The notes beneath the pieces are model-generated. The model worked only from the letters and a program-made list of their open reading frames with translations, did not search any database and was not told the origin of the DNA. The position numbers and the translations under genes were made by a program. Below are positions 1-12,013 of a DNA stretch of 64,000 bases, in pieces. The number at the start of each line of letters is the position of its first letter. The stretch's first letter is position 1. The DNA comes from an uncultured Planctomycetales bacterium (GTDB lineage Bacteria > Omnitrophota > Gorgyraeia > Zapsychrales > CAYRXT01). The stretch spans positions 12,592 through 76,591 of the forward strand of contig CAYRXT010000005.1 in the NCBI GenBank assembly GCA_964428315.1. The letters are read 5' to 3'.

Positions 1-1871
<1,871 letters not shown>

Positions 1872-1965
1872 GAATGTCCGGATAGTTAAGTTGCCGTGTT
1901 AAGAAGCCCCATTCTAACACAGGAGCATTTTTTGAGTCAATGATTTCGTCGGCCCGACACGCAAA

Positions 1966-2000
1966 CAGGGGACAGGCCCCGGAGGGGCCTGTCCCCTGTT
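1966..2000 (-). terminator. Intrinsic terminator hairpin downstream of the speH-like gene
   Basis: Perfect 13-bp inverted repeat GGGGACAGGCCCC-GGAG-GGGGCCTGTCCCC ~30 nt after the minus-strand stop at 2029. On the minus-strand RNA it is followed by UGUUUGCGU, a modest U-tract. Confidence 0.55.
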
Positions 2001-2028
2001 CAACTCAACCCTGCGGATCAAGTCCCCC

Positions 2029-2514
2029 CTAGGAGACCATCTCCGTTTCTTTCCTTTTGATGTCCACCTTTACGGGTTTTGAACCGTCTTTCAGCACCGT
2101 CATGGTGTGGTAATTGGTGTCCGTCCTGTAATAATCAAGACCGCGCTCGATATACTGTTCGTCGATCCTCTCGGGGCTGAAGAACTCTGAGCATATTTTT
2201 TTGGCGAGCGCCAGATCGAAGGACTTGCAGCAGTAAACATCCACGGAAATATAGTTCTTGGGCGACAGGGTATGAATGACGACGGAACTTTCGATCAAAG
2301 GCGCCCAGCCGGAGAGGCCCGCCTTGTCGGGAAAACGCGCGGCGTCGCTCCGGAAGATGTTCGGCGGGGCCTGTTTTTCCATGCCCAACCTCCCGACGAT
2401 CTCATCGAGGAATTGATAACAAAGATTCAAATCGTCGCACACACCTTCCCGGCACTGGTAGAGATCAAGAAGAAGCTGAAAACCGAAAGCCTGATTGTTC
2501 TGCGGCGTCTGCAT
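2029..2514 (-). CDS. speH: Pyruvoyl-dependent S-adenosylmethionine decarboxylase proenzyme (SpeH/SpeD-like, small class 1b)
   Basis: 161 aa. LIESSVVIHTLSPKNYISVDVYCC resembles the E-S self-cleavage site and the ISIHTWPE...VDVFTC core of SpeH. GGGAGG SD lies upstream of the ATG at 2514 (the track starts at TTG 2517). Confidence 0.7.
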   Translation of the reverse strand: MQTPQNNQAFGFQLLLDLYQCREGVCDDLNLCYQFLDEIVGRLGMEKQAPPNIFRSDAARFPDKAGLSGWAPLIESSVVIHTLSPKNYISVDVYCCKSFDLALAKKICSEFFSPERIDEQYIERGLDYYRTDTNYHTMTVLKDGSKPVKVDIKRKETEMVS

Positions 2515-2601
2515 CAAAAGCCTCCCGGCCGTCCGGCCGATCCTTTTGTCATTGGAATGACTTATTTATACACTAATTGATGATTCTCTTGCAAGAAAAA
2601 A

Positions 2602-3051
2602 TTATTTTTTCTTTTCCCGTCGCAGGTAGGTGCGCCGGACCGCGTTGTCCGGCCACTCGTCGCGGAACAGGACGCACAGCCTCTTATAAAAGGGCGCGGC
2701 CCGGCCATTTTCCATGGGGAATTCCCTGCAGAAACGCGGTCTCACCGGATAAACGCGGCAGCGGTTCAAGCCGTCCTGGAACACGCACGTCCCGTTCCGG
2801 ATGACCGTCGCGAACGGGTAATCCTTGTCCGGATGTTCATCGGGCCGCACGAGACGGAACCACGGCTTGGGCACCGCCGGTCCGTATTTCAGAATGCGCC
2901 GCATCTGAGCGGCGGACAGCTCCACCCCTTCGTAACAGCAGGAACCCGAGGTGCATGTCCGGCACGCCCCCGGGTCAGGCCGCCGGCCCGTCTTTTTGAC
3001 GTCCGGTTTCACACAAACAGAAACGCTGTCTTCCCGATCCATTGTCACCAC
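2602..3051 (-). CDS. YkgJ-family Fe-S/zinc cysteine-cluster protein (UPF0153)
   Basis: CRTCTSGSCC (CxxCx5CC) plus downstream Cys residues; size ~150 aa is typical of YkgJ. Start is GTG at 3051 or ATG at 3042. Confidence 0.6.
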   Translation of the reverse strand: MVTMDREDSVSVCVKPDVKKTGRRPDPGACRTCTSGSCCYEGVELSAAQMRRILKYGPAVPKPWFRLVRPDEHPDKDYPFATVIRNGTCVFQDGLNRCRVYPVRPRFCREFPMENGRAAPFYKRLCVLFRDEWPDNAVRRTYLRREKKK

Positions 3052-3275
3052 AAAACAAGAAACACAAAACTGATAAGGACAAGAAAAAGCACAAAAAACC
3101 AGACCGCGCGGTTATTGGAATAGCGTACTCTTCCCAGGAAACCCTTACCCGCCCTTTCCAGGCTTTCCCCGCAGAAATGACAGAGCAGGGCGTCATCATC
3201 ATAGATAGGACGTTTGCAGTGCGGACAGATATATTCTCCCAAACCCTTCTCCTCCGCCAGGACATGTGCCGGCAA
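3045..3275 (-). CDS. Small zinc-ribbon protein with C-terminal transmembrane helix (hypothetical)
   Basis: CPHC...CHFC motif pair followed by the hydrophobic tail WFFVLFLVLISFVFLVLW. TTG start only and no clear SD, so low confidence. Confidence 0.3.
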   Translation of the reverse strand: MPAHVLAEEKGLGEYICPHCKRPIYDDDALLCHFCGESLERAGKGFLGRVRYSNNRAVWFFVLFLVLISFVFLVLW

Positions 3276-3358
3276 CAGAAACTTTTTTTTATATTATGCC
3301 ACCGCCCGCGGCCAAGTCAAATACTAACCCTTTTTCTTATCCCCCGGCCATATTTTAT

Positions 3359-3387
3359 TTGCAATTTCATTAAATGTGTTCTATTAT
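3359..3387 (+). promoter_or_regulatory. Sigma70-like promoter for the thiSGHF operon
   Basis: TTGCAA-N17-TATTAT about 40 nt upstream of the thiS ATG, sitting in an AT-rich stretch of a high-GC genome. Confidence 0.5.
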
Positions 3388-3428
3388 GGCGTATATTCCG
3401 GCACAGTTTTTCCCGTGGAGAACAGGCC

Positions 3429-3629
3429 ATGAGGATCAGGATTAACGGCACAGAAAAAGAACTCCCCGATTCCTTCAATCTGCGTGATACCGTCACCCGC
3501 TTCTGCAAAGACGCCCGGCATGTCATCGCCGAGCTCAACGGGACGATTATCCGGCAGGACAACTGGGATAACAGTCCTCTGCGTGAAGGCGATACCCTCG
3601 AACTGGTCAATTTCGTCGGCGGCGGATAA
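3429..3629 (+). CDS. thiS: Thiamine biosynthesis sulfur carrier protein ThiS
   Basis: 66 aa ending ...LVNFVGGG (C-terminal Gly-Gly). GGAGAA SD upstream. The upstream part of track ORF 3042..3629 is non-coding read-through. Confidence 0.85.
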   Translation: MRIRINGTEKELPDSFNLRDTVTRFCKDARHVIAELNGTIIRQDNWDNSPLREGDTLELVNFVGGG

Positions 3630-3664
3630 GGCGGGCCTTCCGCAGTTGTTTCCTATCCCTCATC

Positions 3665-4480
3665 ATGGCAAGGATGAACGACATGTCCACACCATCGCTC
3701 AATTCGCACGACCAGCCCCTGGAGATCGGCGGCAAAACATTCTCCAACCGCTTCCTCCTGGGAACAGGAAAGTTCAAGGCCAAGGACGAGATGAAGGAGA
3801 GCATCCTGGCGGCCGGGGTCGAACTGGTCACCGTGGCCCTGAGGCGTGTCGACCTCGAACGGCACGAAGAGAACATCCTCGAATATCTTCCCGACGGGAT
3901 CACCCTCATGACCAACACCTCGGGGGCCCGTAACGCCAGGGAAGCCGTGCGGATCGCCCGTCTGGCCAGGGAATCCGGATGCGGGAACTGGGTGAAGATC
4001 GAGGTCATCAATGACAGCAAATATCTCCTGCCGGACAATGCCGAGACCATCAAGGCGACCGAAATACTGGCCGGTGAAGGGTTCGTTGTCATGCCCTACA
4101 TGTACCCCGACCTGTACGCGGCGAGAGAGCTCGTGAACGCGGGGGCCGCGACGGTCATGCCGCTGGGCTCTCTGATCGGCAGCAACCAGGGCCTCAAGGC
4201 CAGGGAGTTTATCAGGATCCTGATCGACGAGATTGACGTGCCTATCATCGTGGACGCGGGGATCGGGTCTCCTTCCCAGGCCTCCGAGGCGATGGAGATG
4301 GGGGCGGATGCCGTACTGGCCAACACCGCGGTGGCCACCGCCGGGAACCCGGTCCTCTTGGCCCGGGCCTTCTCTCTGGCTGTGCAGGCCGGGCGTTTAG
4401 CCTATGTCAGCGGCCTGCCGGGCAGGCAGGAGACGGCCGAGTCATCATCTCCCCTGACGGGTTTCTTATACGGGAAATAA
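3665..4480 (+). CDS. thiG: Thiazole synthase ThiG
   Basis: 271 aa; [12 protein letters not shown]...[14 protein letters not shown]...[13 protein letters not shown] is a full-length ThiG TIM-barrel signature. Confidence 0.95.
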   Translation: MARMNDMSTPSLNSHDQPLEIGGKTFSNRFLLGTGKFKAKDEMKESILAAGVELVTVALRRVDLERHEENILEYLPDGITLMTNTSGARNAREAVRIARLARESGCGNWVKIEVINDSKYLLPDNAETIKATEILAGEGFVVMPYMYPDLYAARELVNAGAATVMPLGSLIGSNQGLKAREFIRILIDEIDVPIIVDAGIGSPSQASEAMEMGADAVLANTAVATAGNPVLLARAFSLAVQAGRLAYVSGLPGRQETAESSSPLTGFLYGK

Positions 4481-4488
4481 CCCTTTCT

Positions 4489-5535
4489 TTGCCTTACCAA
4501 AGACCCATGATGGACAAAAGCCTTATCCGTGAAACGCTGTGTGATGAACGGCCCGAGAGCCTGGAGGCCCTGGCCCGGCGAGCCCGCCGTTTGACCGAAC
4601 AGCATTTCGGAAGAACCATAAGCCTGTACGCCCCGCTGTACCTGTCGAACTACTGTTCAAGCCACTGCACCTACTGCGGTTTCAGCGTCCATAACACAAT
4701 CCGCCGGAAGAAACTGGGGCCCGCGGAAATCGAGCAGGAGATGCGCTCCGTGGCCTCAAGCGGCATCCAGAACATCCTGCTCTTAACCGGCGAGTCCTAC
4801 AAGGCGACACCCCTGTCCTATCTGAAAGAGGCCGTCATGATCGCCCGGCGGTATTTTCCCAGTATCAGCCTCGAGGTCCACCCGATGGAGGGACCCGAAT
4901 ACCGGGAACTGTTTGTGTGCGGCGCGGATGGCGTCACCGTTTACCAGGAGACCTACGACCGTCAACGCTACGCGCAGGTCCATCTGCTGGGGAAAAAGAA
5001 GGATTACGATTTCCGTCTGGACGCCCCGCGGCGGGCCGCCGAGGCGGGCATGCGTTATCTTTCCCTGGGGGTTTTGCTGGGATTATCCGACGTTTGCGAA
5101 GACATCACGGCCCTCTACGAACATCTCCGCTTTCTGGAAAAACGTTATCCGGGCGTGGAATACAGCGTTTCTTTTCCGCGCCTGCGCCCCATCAAGGGCA
5201 TGGGCTTCGTTCCATGCCGTGTGGACGACCGCATGCTGATCCGCCTGATCTGCCTGACGCGCGTCCTCTTCCCGCGTGTGGGCATCAACCTGTCGACCAG
5301 GGAAAGCGCCTTTTTACGCGACCATGCCCTGGGCCTTGGGGTGACGCGCCTTTCCGCCGCTTCGCGCACGTCGGTAGGCGGTTATACGTTGCTGGACAAA
5401 GAAAGCCGGGAGCCCCAGTTCGATATCCAGGACGAACGCTCCGTCGCTCAGATCGTTCAACTCCTCAAGACCAGGCGTTACGACCCGGTGTTCACCGACT
5501 GGCGGCATATCTCCAACGGCGCGGCCGCCGCGTAA
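4489..5535 (+). CDS. thiH: 2-iminoacetate synthase ThiH (radical SAM tyrosine lyase)
   Basis: 348 aa with CSSHCTYC (CxxxCxxC) radical-SAM motif; ThiH/HydG-like length and context between thiG and thiF. Confidence 0.9.
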   Translation: MPYQRPMMDKSLIRETLCDERPESLEALARRARRLTEQHFGRTISLYAPLYLSNYCSSHCTYCGFSVHNTIRRKKLGPAEIEQEMRSVASSGIQNILLLTGESYKATPLSYLKEAVMIARRYFPSISLEVHPMEGPEYRELFVCGADGVTVYQETYDRQRYAQVHLLGKKKDYDFRLDAPRRAAEAGMRYLSLGVLLGLSDVCEDITALYEHLRFLEKRYPGVEYSVSFPRLRPIKGMGFVPCRVDDRMLIRLICLTRVLFPRVGINLSTRESAFLRDHALGLGVTRLSAASRTSVGGYTLLDKESREPQFDIQDERSVAQIVQLLKTRRYDPVFTDWRHISNGAAAA

Positions 5536-5547
5536 CGGAAACAATCC

Positions 5548-6147
5548 ATGAACGCCTTTGAACAGGGATTAAGACGCTATCTCAGCGAAAATGTCATCCG
5601 CGCCCTCGGAAGAGTGAAGGTGGGCATAGGCGGGGCCGGGGGGCTTGGTTCGAATATAGCCGTGATTCTCGTCCGCAGCGGCTTCAGGGATATTGAGATC
5701 GTCGACGAGGACCGGATCGAACCGTCCAACCTCAACCGGCAGCAGTACTTCCTTGCCGAGATCGGACAGCCGAAAGTCAAGATCCTCAAAGAACGGCTCC
5801 TCTCCATCAACCCCGACATCCGAGTCGTTGCCCGCCGCGAACGCTGGAGACCGGAGAACGGCGAACGCTATTTTCGCGGCGCGGACGTCGTTGTTGAGGC
5901 CTTCGACAAGGCGGAAGGAAAATTCCGTTTCGTCGAGTATTACCGGGGAAGGACCGGACTCGTGGTAAGCGGCAACGGGATGGCCGGCCTGAAAGACAAA
6001 CAGCCCATGGTCACCAAGAGACTCGGGAACGTCATTATCGTCGGGGATAACGCCACCGACACGCGCGCGGGCCACCCGCCTTTGGCGCCCCGGGTGACCG
6101 CCTGCGCGGCCATGATGGCCGAGGCCGTAATGGACGCGTTTTCCTGA
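5548..6147 (+). CDS. thiF: ThiS/MoaD adenylyltransferase ThiF (E1-like)
   Basis: VGIGGAGGLGSNIAVILVRSGF Rossmann motif plus EPSNLNRQ; E1-like ThiF/MoeB family; last gene of the operon. Confidence 0.85.
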   Translation: MNAFEQGLRRYLSENVIRALGRVKVGIGGAGGLGSNIAVILVRSGFRDIEIVDEDRIEPSNLNRQQYFLAEIGQPKVKILKERLLSINPDIRVVARRERWRPENGERYFRGADVVVEAFDKAEGKFRFVEYYRGRTGLVVSGNGMAGLKDKQPMVTKRLGNVIIVGDNATDTRAGHPPLAPRVTACAAMMAEAVMDAFS

Positions 6148-6224
6148 AATATAACGCCGCACAATTATTTAAACGCGGATGAGGATTCCACGGGGCTTAC
6201 CCGGTGGCGCCTCCCGCCTCTCCT

Positions 6225-6929
6225 TCATCTCCCGGGGCGTCCATCCCGCGATCTCAGCAAGATATCCTTTACCGGTCTCTTGACCGATTCGATGTCAACA
6301 TCAACAGCCCCCTGTATCCCCGATCCGGTCACGGCCTGGATCAGCATCAGTCGGCCCAGCTGCTCCACGCTTTGTATAATCTCGTAATTCTGAATGACAT
6401 TGATTGTCCATTCGTCCCGTCGGGGCGGTTCCCGGGTGAAGTCCCTGAAACGCACGTCTTCGATACGCAGCGTGCATTTCCGGACAAAAAGGTCTTTGTT
6501 CTTTTTTCCCGAAACACGGCGCAACATATCGGCGTTCGTCTTCTTTTTCCGGGACATAAACTTCAGAGAATCAACATTCAGCTCGTTCAATTCGTTCCGG
6601 ACGATTTCCATTTTCTTCAGGTGCACCCGCAGTTCATCGATTTCCTTAACCTTGTCAAACGCGGTCTGCGGGTTGTAACGGATGTACATCTCCGGAACAG
6701 TAAACATCACGCCGTCTTCAAAACCGGGCGGATGAAATATCCTGAGATCCGTGACATAAATCTCGTGGTCAAAAAACATCCGGAAATCGACATCTCCGAT
6801 ATCGGTCTTGAGGCCGGTCGCGAACTTGATCTTCTGTTCAAGGGCCACTTCCATAATGTAATTTTTGGTCAACACAAGCCCGGCGGCGATGACCGCCAGG
6901 ATGACCAGTAAGCTGATCCATCTTTTCAT
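6225..6929 (-). CDS. Hypothetical membrane-anchored protein (N-terminal signal/TM MKRWISLLVILAVIAAGLVL)
   Basis: ORF trimmed to the internal ATG at 6929, which has a GGAAGGA SD. Charged, K/E-rich body; no recognisable family. Confidence 0.55.
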   Translation of the reverse strand: MKRWISLLVILAVIAAGLVLTKNYIMEVALEQKIKFATGLKTDIGDVDFRMFFDHEIYVTDLRIFHPPGFEDGVMFTVPEMYIRYNPQTAFDKVKEIDELRVHLKKMEIVRNELNELNVDSLKFMSRKKKTNADMLRRVSGKKNKDLFVRKCTLRIEDVRFRDFTREPPRRDEWTINVIQNYEIIQSVEQLGRLMLIQAVTGSGIQGAVDVDIESVKRPVKDILLRSRDGRPGR

Positions 6930-7606
6930 GGCATCCTTCCTTTTCGTTTCAGCATGATAATGGCGGCGACGGCCGCAACACAATACATAAGGCTCCAGAC
7001 ATAAATAACGCGGTGGCGCATCATATATCCGACAACGACGGTGGGATCACTGAAAACAGCCTGGCCGACACCCGCCAGTATCAATTGTATCCAAAATATC
7101 CTCAAAGGCGAACCCAAAAATACAATAATGAAATAGTCCCTGAAGCGTATCGATGTCAGTCCGCAGAAAAGGTCCAGCAGGCGGTAAGGCACAAGGGGGA
7201 CGGCGCGCAGGACAAACAGTGTCCAGAGGCCTCTGCCGGCCAGGGCCTCCTGCCAGACGGCGTAATCCCACCCCAGTCTTTTCCCGACAAAGTCGCGGCC
7301 CAGGGCGCGGCTGAGATGAAACAGGACGGCCGCGTTGAATAGTTCAGCGATCCAAATATATAACGTGCTCAGGTAGGCGCCGAAGGACAGGGCCCCGACG
7401 ATTTTCAAAAGGTCTTTCGCGAACCAGGCGAAAAAGGTCAGCCCGACGTACAGAGCGATAAAGACCGCCCCCGCATATGCCGGAGGAAAGCGGGCGATCC
7501 AGGCGCGGTACGCCTCCGGATCGAACTGGACGAAACGGCCAAGTGCGAAAGCCGCCAACAGGATGCCGACGAGAACGCAGAAGCGGACCCGGCTGTTTTT
7601 CATCAT
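6926..7606 (-). CDS. DedA/TVP38/TMEM64-family membrane protein
   Basis: Polytopic hydrophobic protein with a conserved G-rich core (...YVGLTFFAWFAKDLLKIVGALSFGAYL...). Start is ambiguous: MMKNSRVRF at 7606, or 7627, 7690 or 7708. Confidence 0.7.
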   Translation of the reverse strand: MMKNSRVRFCVLVGILLAAFALGRFVQFDPEAYRAWIARFPPAYAGAVFIALYVGLTFFAWFAKDLLKIVGALSFGAYLSTLYIWIAELFNAAVLFHLSRALGRDFVGKRLGWDYAVWQEALAGRGLWTLFVLRAVPLVPYRLLDLFCGLTSIRFRDYFIIVFLGSPLRIFWIQLILAGVGQAVFSDPTVVVGYMMRHRVIYVWSLMYCVAAVAAIIMLKRKGRMP

Positions 7607-7721
7607 ATGATCGAACGACGCGTTCATCGCTGAAACGAAGCCCTTTCTTAAGACCGCACAACCCGCGGCCTTCCGGGAAACCAGAAACATATCACATTCC
7701 GCAGACAAAAGATATTATAGC

Positions 7722-7760
7722 AAAAAAATCCCCCGCCCGTTACATGGCGGGGGATTTTTC
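7722..7760. terminator. Bidirectional intrinsic terminator between cysK and the DedA-like gene
   Basis: AAAAAAATCCCCCGCC-cgttacat-GGCGGGGGATTTTTC: a 10-bp GC stem flanked by an A-tract and a T-tract, 22 nt downstream of the cysK stop at 7782. Confidence 0.7.
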
Positions 7761-7781
7761 AATTCTTCCTGTAAACGGTGA

Positions 7782-8714
7782 TCAACTCCGGTATTCGCTG
7801 AAGAGATCCGTGCTCAGGTACCGCTCGCCGGTACTCGGAAGGATCACCACGATCATCTTGCCTTTGTTTTCCGGTTTGGAGGCAATCTTCAAGGCGGCAC
7901 AGACCGCCGCGCCGGAGGAAATGCCGGCCAGGATGCCTTCTTCTTTGATCAGGCGCTTGGCGTAAGAGAAGGCCTCGTTATTGTCGACCTGGACGACCTC
8001 ATCCAAGAGATCCTTCTTCAGGACGCCGGGTACGAATCCTGCCCCGATGCCCTGAATCTTATGAGGACCGGGCTGTCCGCCGGAAAGGATCGGGGATCCG
8101 ATCGGCTCAACGCCCACCGCCCGAAACGAGGCTTTCTTCTCTTTAAGGGCTTCGGCCACACCGGTGATGGTGCCGCCCGTGCCGATCCCCGACACCAGGA
8201 TATCCGCCTTTCCGTCCGTATCCTTCCATATTTCCTCGGCGGTCGTCAGTCGGTGGATTTCGGGATTGGCCGGATTCTCGAACTGCTGAGGGATAAAATA
8301 CTTCTTGTCCGTCTGGGCCAGCTCTTTGGCCTTGGCGACGGCGCCCTTCATGCCTTCGGATCCGGGTGTCAAGACAAGATTCGCGCCCAGCGATTTCAAC
8401 AGGGCCCGTCTCTCAACGCTCATCGTCTCCGGCATGGTCAGGGTCAGTTTGTATCCCCGGACGGCGCAGACAAACGCCAGGGCGATCCCTGTATTGCCCG
8501 ATGTGGGTTCCAGGATCACCGTGTCTTCTTTTATCATTCCCTGATTTTCCGCGGCCTCGATCATGCTCAGGCCGATTCGATCCTTGACCGATCCCAGGGG
8601 GTTAAAAAACTCCAGTTTTGCAATAACCTCCGCCTGGCAGCCCTCGGCGATCTTGTTGAGCTTAACGAGAGGCGTGCGTCCGACCAGTTCCGTGATGTCT
8701 TTAGCTATCTTCAT
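7782..8714 (-). CDS. cysK: Cysteine synthase A (O-acetylserine sulfhydrylase)
   Basis: 310 aa; [10 protein letters not shown] (PLP-Lys), [20 protein letters not shown] motifs. AGGAAGGAGAA SD upstream. Confidence 0.95.
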   Translation of the reverse strand: MKIAKDITELVGRTPLVKLNKIAEGCQAEVIAKLEFFNPLGSVKDRIGLSMIEAAENQGMIKEDTVILEPTSGNTGIALAFVCAVRGYKLTLTMPETMSVERRALLKSLGANLVLTPGSEGMKGAVAKAKELAQTDKKYFIPQQFENPANPEIHRLTTAEEIWKDTDGKADILVSGIGTGGTITGVAEALKEKKASFRAVGVEPIGSPILSGGQPGPHKIQGIGAGFVPGVLKKDLLDEVVQVDNNEAFSYAKRLIKEEGILAGISSGAAVCAALKIASKPENKGKMIVVILPSTGERYLSTDLFSEYRS

Positions 8715-10663
8715 AAGGGTTCTCCTTCCTTTGCATTTGGCTTGTTCATGGACATCTCATCATCCCTTTTGAGTCTATCCCCGTTTTTCTTTTCCATATG
8801 ATATTTTTTCAGGTAGACCATAAGAACGGCGATCGCGGACGGCGTCACGCCGGGAATGCGGTGCGCCTGACCGAGAGAAAGCGGCGCCCGTTTCTTGAGC
8901 TTTTCCCTTATTTCCGTCGATAGTCCCTGGACCTTCCCGTAATCGATATCCTCCGGGATGCAAATGCCCTCGATATGCCTGAAGCGTTCGATGTTTTTCA
9001 TCTGACGCTCGATGAAACCGTCATATTTGATCTCGTACTCCACCTGGTCGATAACCGGTTTGGGGTACTCTTTCAATTTCCCGTCAAAGGGAGCGATCAT
9101 GGCATAGGAAATCCCCGGCCGCTTGAGGATGTCGCTCAAGGGGGTAAGCCGGCGGACAGGGCCGCTGTTCCGGGAAACCAGGATGCCGTCCAACGATGTG
9201 CCGGGGCCGATCCGTGTCTTTCTGAGATGCGCGATCTCTTCCGCGATCAGGCGGCACTTCTCTTCCACGGCCTCCCACTCATTTTTCTCAATGAGCCCGA
9301 AACGGCGCCCGTATCTCATCAACCGCTTATCGGCGTTATCTTCCCTCACGACCAGCCGGTATTCCACGCGGGAGGTGAACATACGGTAAGGCTCATCCGT
9401 ACCCTTGGTTACCAGGTCGTCGATCAAAACACCGATATAGGATTCCGAACGGCCGAGGACAAAGGGCGCTTCTCCACGGAACATGAGCGCCGCGTTGATC
9501 CCCGCGAGAAGCCCCTGCGCCGCCGCCTCTTCGTAACCGGTGGTGCCGTTGATCTGGCCGGCCAGAAACAGTCCGCGCACGCGTTTCGTTTCAAGATGTG
9601 GCGTCAGCTCGACGGGATCCACAACGCCGTGTTCGATCGAGTAGCCGAAACGCAGGATCGCGGCTTTCTCCAGCCCCCTGATCGAGTGGACAACGGCCTC
9701 CTGGACCTCGGAGGGCAGTCCGGTCGATATGCCGTTGGGATAATAGACATCCGTATCCAGCCCCTCGGGTTCGAGGAACACCTGGTGGCTGGCCTTCCCG
9801 GAAAATTTGACGATCTTGTCTTCGATGGACGGGCAGTACCGCACGCCCGTCGAACGGATGACGCCCGAATACATGGGCGAAAGACGGAGGTTGGCGCAAA
9901 TGATCTGGTGAGTCTCGGTGTTAGTCTGAGTGATGTAACAGGGGCGAAACCTCCGGGGAAGCTGCCTGGTCCTGAAAGAAAACGGGATCGGATCGGGATC
10001 GGAATGCTGGATCTCCAGTCCGTCGAAATCAATAGTCTTTCCGTCCAGTCTCGGCGGCGTGCCCGTCTTAAAACTCATCATGGTGAAACCCAGCCCGGCC
10101 AGGTTGTCCGCCAGCCGGTTGGAGGCCTGTTCATTGATCCGGCCGCCCGGGACCGTCATCCGTCCTCTGTGGATCCGTCCCCGCAAAAACGTCCCGGCGG
10201 CAACAATCACGGCCGGGGACAAAATCCGCCGCCCCCCCGCCGTCTCGACGCCGCACACCCTGCTTTTATGAACGATAAGCCCACAGACTTTGTCGAGAAG
10301 AACCGTCAGATTAGCCTGCCGGCTAACGGCGTCCTGCATGTATTGTTTATACCTCTTCCTGTCCGACTGGCAGCGCGAGGAACGCACCGCCTGCCCCTTG
10401 GACGCGTTAAGCTGCCGGAACTGGATGCCCGTCTCGTCGGCCGCCCTCCCCATCTCGCCGCCCAGGACATCGATCTCCTTGACCAGCTGGCCCTTGCCGA
10501 CACCGCCGATGGCGGGATTACAGCTCATTTCGCCGATAGTCTCAAAGGCAAGGTTGACCATGAGCGTCCGTAAACCCATGCGGCTGGACGCCAGGGCCGC
10601 CTCAATTCCGGCGTGCCCCCCGCCGATGACAATACAGTCAAAATCAGAAGAATGCTTAACCAT
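8711..10663 (-). CDS. mnmG: tRNA uridine-5-carboxymethylaminomethyl modification enzyme MnmG (GidA)
   Basis: [20 protein letters not shown] motif; ~650 aa. The ATG at 10663 is preferred over the track TTG at 10681. A 4-bp ATGA overlap with cysK indicates translational coupling. Confidence 0.95.
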   Translation of the reverse strand: MVKHSSDFDCIVIGGGHAGIEAALASSRMGLRTLMVNLAFETIGEMSCNPAIGGVGKGQLVKEIDVLGGEMGRAADETGIQFRQLNASKGQAVRSSRCQSDRKRYKQYMQDAVSRQANLTVLLDKVCGLIVHKSRVCGVETAGGRRILSPAVIVAAGTFLRGRIHRGRMTVPGGRINEQASNRLADNLAGLGFTMMSFKTGTPPRLDGKTIDFDGLEIQHSDPDPIPFSFRTRQLPRRFRPCYITQTNTETHQIICANLRLSPMYSGVIRSTGVRYCPSIEDKIVKFSGKASHQVFLEPEGLDTDVYYPNGISTGLPSEVQEAVVHSIRGLEKAAILRFGYSIEHGVVDPVELTPHLETKRVRGLFLAGQINGTTGYEEAAAQGLLAGINAALMFRGEAPFVLGRSESYIGVLIDDLVTKGTDEPYRMFTSRVEYRLVVREDNADKRLMRYGRRFGLIEKNEWEAVEEKCRLIAEEIAHLRKTRIGPGTSLDGILVSRNSGPVRRLTPLSDILKRPGISYAMIAPFDGKLKEYPKPVIDQVEYEIKYDGFIERQMKNIERFRHIEGICIPEDIDYGKVQGLSTEIREKLKKRAPLSLGQAHRIPGVTPSAIAVLMVYLKKYHMEKKNGDRLKRDDEMSMNKPNAKEGEPL

Positions 10664-10677
10664 CACACGTCTTTCCT

Positions 10678-10845
10678 TCAACGCTTTTTCAGAACCAGAA
10701 AAGTGTTCAAGATCGTGAAAAGGACGAGGATGACAACGATAAGATTCAGATCCTCATACCGGAAGCTCGTAAAGGTGATGACCAAAAGGCCTATGAGCGA
10801 CATGCACCAGAGGATGTACATTATGGCCGTGATGAGCCTTTCCAA
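10678..10845 (-). CDS. Small (55 aa) two-helix membrane protein, hypothetical
   Basis: TTG start preceded by AGGAGA at 6-nt spacing (alternative ATG at 10821). Product MERLITAIMYILWCMSLIGLLVITFTSFRYEDLNLIVVILVLFTILNTFLVLKKR. Not in the ORF track (below length cutoff). Ends 14 nt before the mnmG start. Confidence 0.4.
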   Translation of the reverse strand: MERLITAIMYILWCMSLIGLLVITFTSFRYEDLNLIVVILVLFTILNTFLVLKKR

Positions 10846-11002
10846 TTTGGGTCTCCTTTATTATAAAAGGCCAATGGATATCTGCAGGCTCACGCCCGCA
10901 GGACCGCGAAGGTCTATTAAAATAACTGTAAATTGGCCATTTGTCAATTAATTCACTTTTGGATAGATTATTATTTTAATAATGTAAAAAGATTGCGGTA
11001 AT

Positions 11003-12004
11003 TCAGCGGATACTGCGGCAGGAATCGCGGGAAACAAGTTCCGGGGGCAGCAAGACCTTGACGCCGGTTTTTTTCTTCCCTGTTATAACACCGTTCAAAT
11101 AACGCACGGCGTCCTCGGCCATCTTGAACAACGGCTGGCGGATCGTCGTCAAACCGATCGCTCCGTAAATGGAAGCGGGATTATCATCAAAACCGATAAC
11201 CGATATATCCTTGGGCACCTTCAGACCCCGTTCCATGGCCACGGCAATGGCCTCCAGCGCCATGTCGTCGCTTGCCGCGAAGATGGCCGTCGGAGGCTCC
11301 TTCAGCGCAAAAAATTGATCGGCCGCCAGACGCGCGCATCGTCGGGAATAATCGCCCGTGTAAATATACTCTTCCCTCAGAGGGACCTTCGACTTCTTCA
11401 TCGTCTCCTTGAACCCTTCCAGCCGATGAAGTCCCGACTGCGTCTTCAAGGCACCGCTTATGGTGGCGATGCGCCTGTGGCCGAGATTGATGAGATAATC
11501 CGCAGCCATGCGCCCTCCCTTGCGGTTATCCACGGCAATGTAACTCACGTCCATATCCTCAACGACATTATTGATGACGACACAGTGCAGACTCTCTTCC
11601 ATGGCCGTTTCGATCTGGGAACGGTTCTCGATGATGTCGGCGAAGATGACACCGCCGACGTTGGAGGTGTTAAGCGAATTATAGCCGTTAGTGATGTGGA
11701 AGATAAGATCCAAACGGAGGGTTTCGCACGCGTGCCCAACGCCCCGGATGAGCTCCATGGCGTAATAGGAATGGAACACGCCCGGATAACCCGGCATGAC
11801 CAGTCCGATCGCGTTGTTGAAACCCCGGGCCAGACGCTGCGCCGTGACATTGGGCTTGTACTTTAAATAGGCGATAGCCTCTTCGACCTTGATGCGGTTG
11901 GATTTGGTAACAGTGGGAATGTTGTTGAGAACACGGGAAACGGTGGTAATGGAGACCCCGGCCCGCCGCGCCACATCTTCAATGCTGACTTTTTTTTCCG
12001 TCAC
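11003..12004 (-). CDS. LacI-family transcriptional regulator
   Basis: N-terminal HTH VSIEDVARRAGVSITTVSRVLNN and a periplasmic-binding-protein-like sugar-binding core; GTG start. Confidence 0.9.
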   Translation of the reverse strand: MTEKKVSIEDVARRAGVSITTVSRVLNNIPTVTKSNRIKVEEAIAYLKYKPNVTAQRLARGFNNAIGLVMPGYPGVFHSYYAMELIRGVGHACETLRLDLIFHITNGYNSLNTSNVGGVIFADIIENRSQIETAMEESLHCVVINNVVEDMDVSYIAVDNRKGGRMAADYLINLGHRRIATISGALKTQSGLHRLEGFKETMKKSKVPLREEYIYTGDYSRRCARLAADQFFALKEPPTAIFAASDDMALEAIAVAMERGLKVPKDISVIGFDDNPASIYGAIGLTTIRQPLFKMAEDAVRYLNGVITGKKKTGVKVLLPPELVSRDSCRSIR

Positions 12005-12013
12005 AGGGCCAAC

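Noticed and set aside
3276-3429. Expected TPP riboswitch upstream of thiS
   Set aside because: Searched the leader by eye for the CUGAGA / ACCUGAUCUGGAUAAUGCCAGCG core and found none. Only ~35 nt separate the predicted TSS and the ATG. Reported as an absence rather than a feature.
6148-6224. Possible terminator between convergent thiF and the hypothetical gene 6225-6929
   Set aside because: No convincing GC-rich inverted repeat with a flanking T-tract could be identified, so it is left unannotated.
8975-10573. 532-aa plus-strand ORF
   Set aside because: Antisense to mnmG (clear FAD-binding GidA on the minus strand); low-complexity R/P/G-rich translation.
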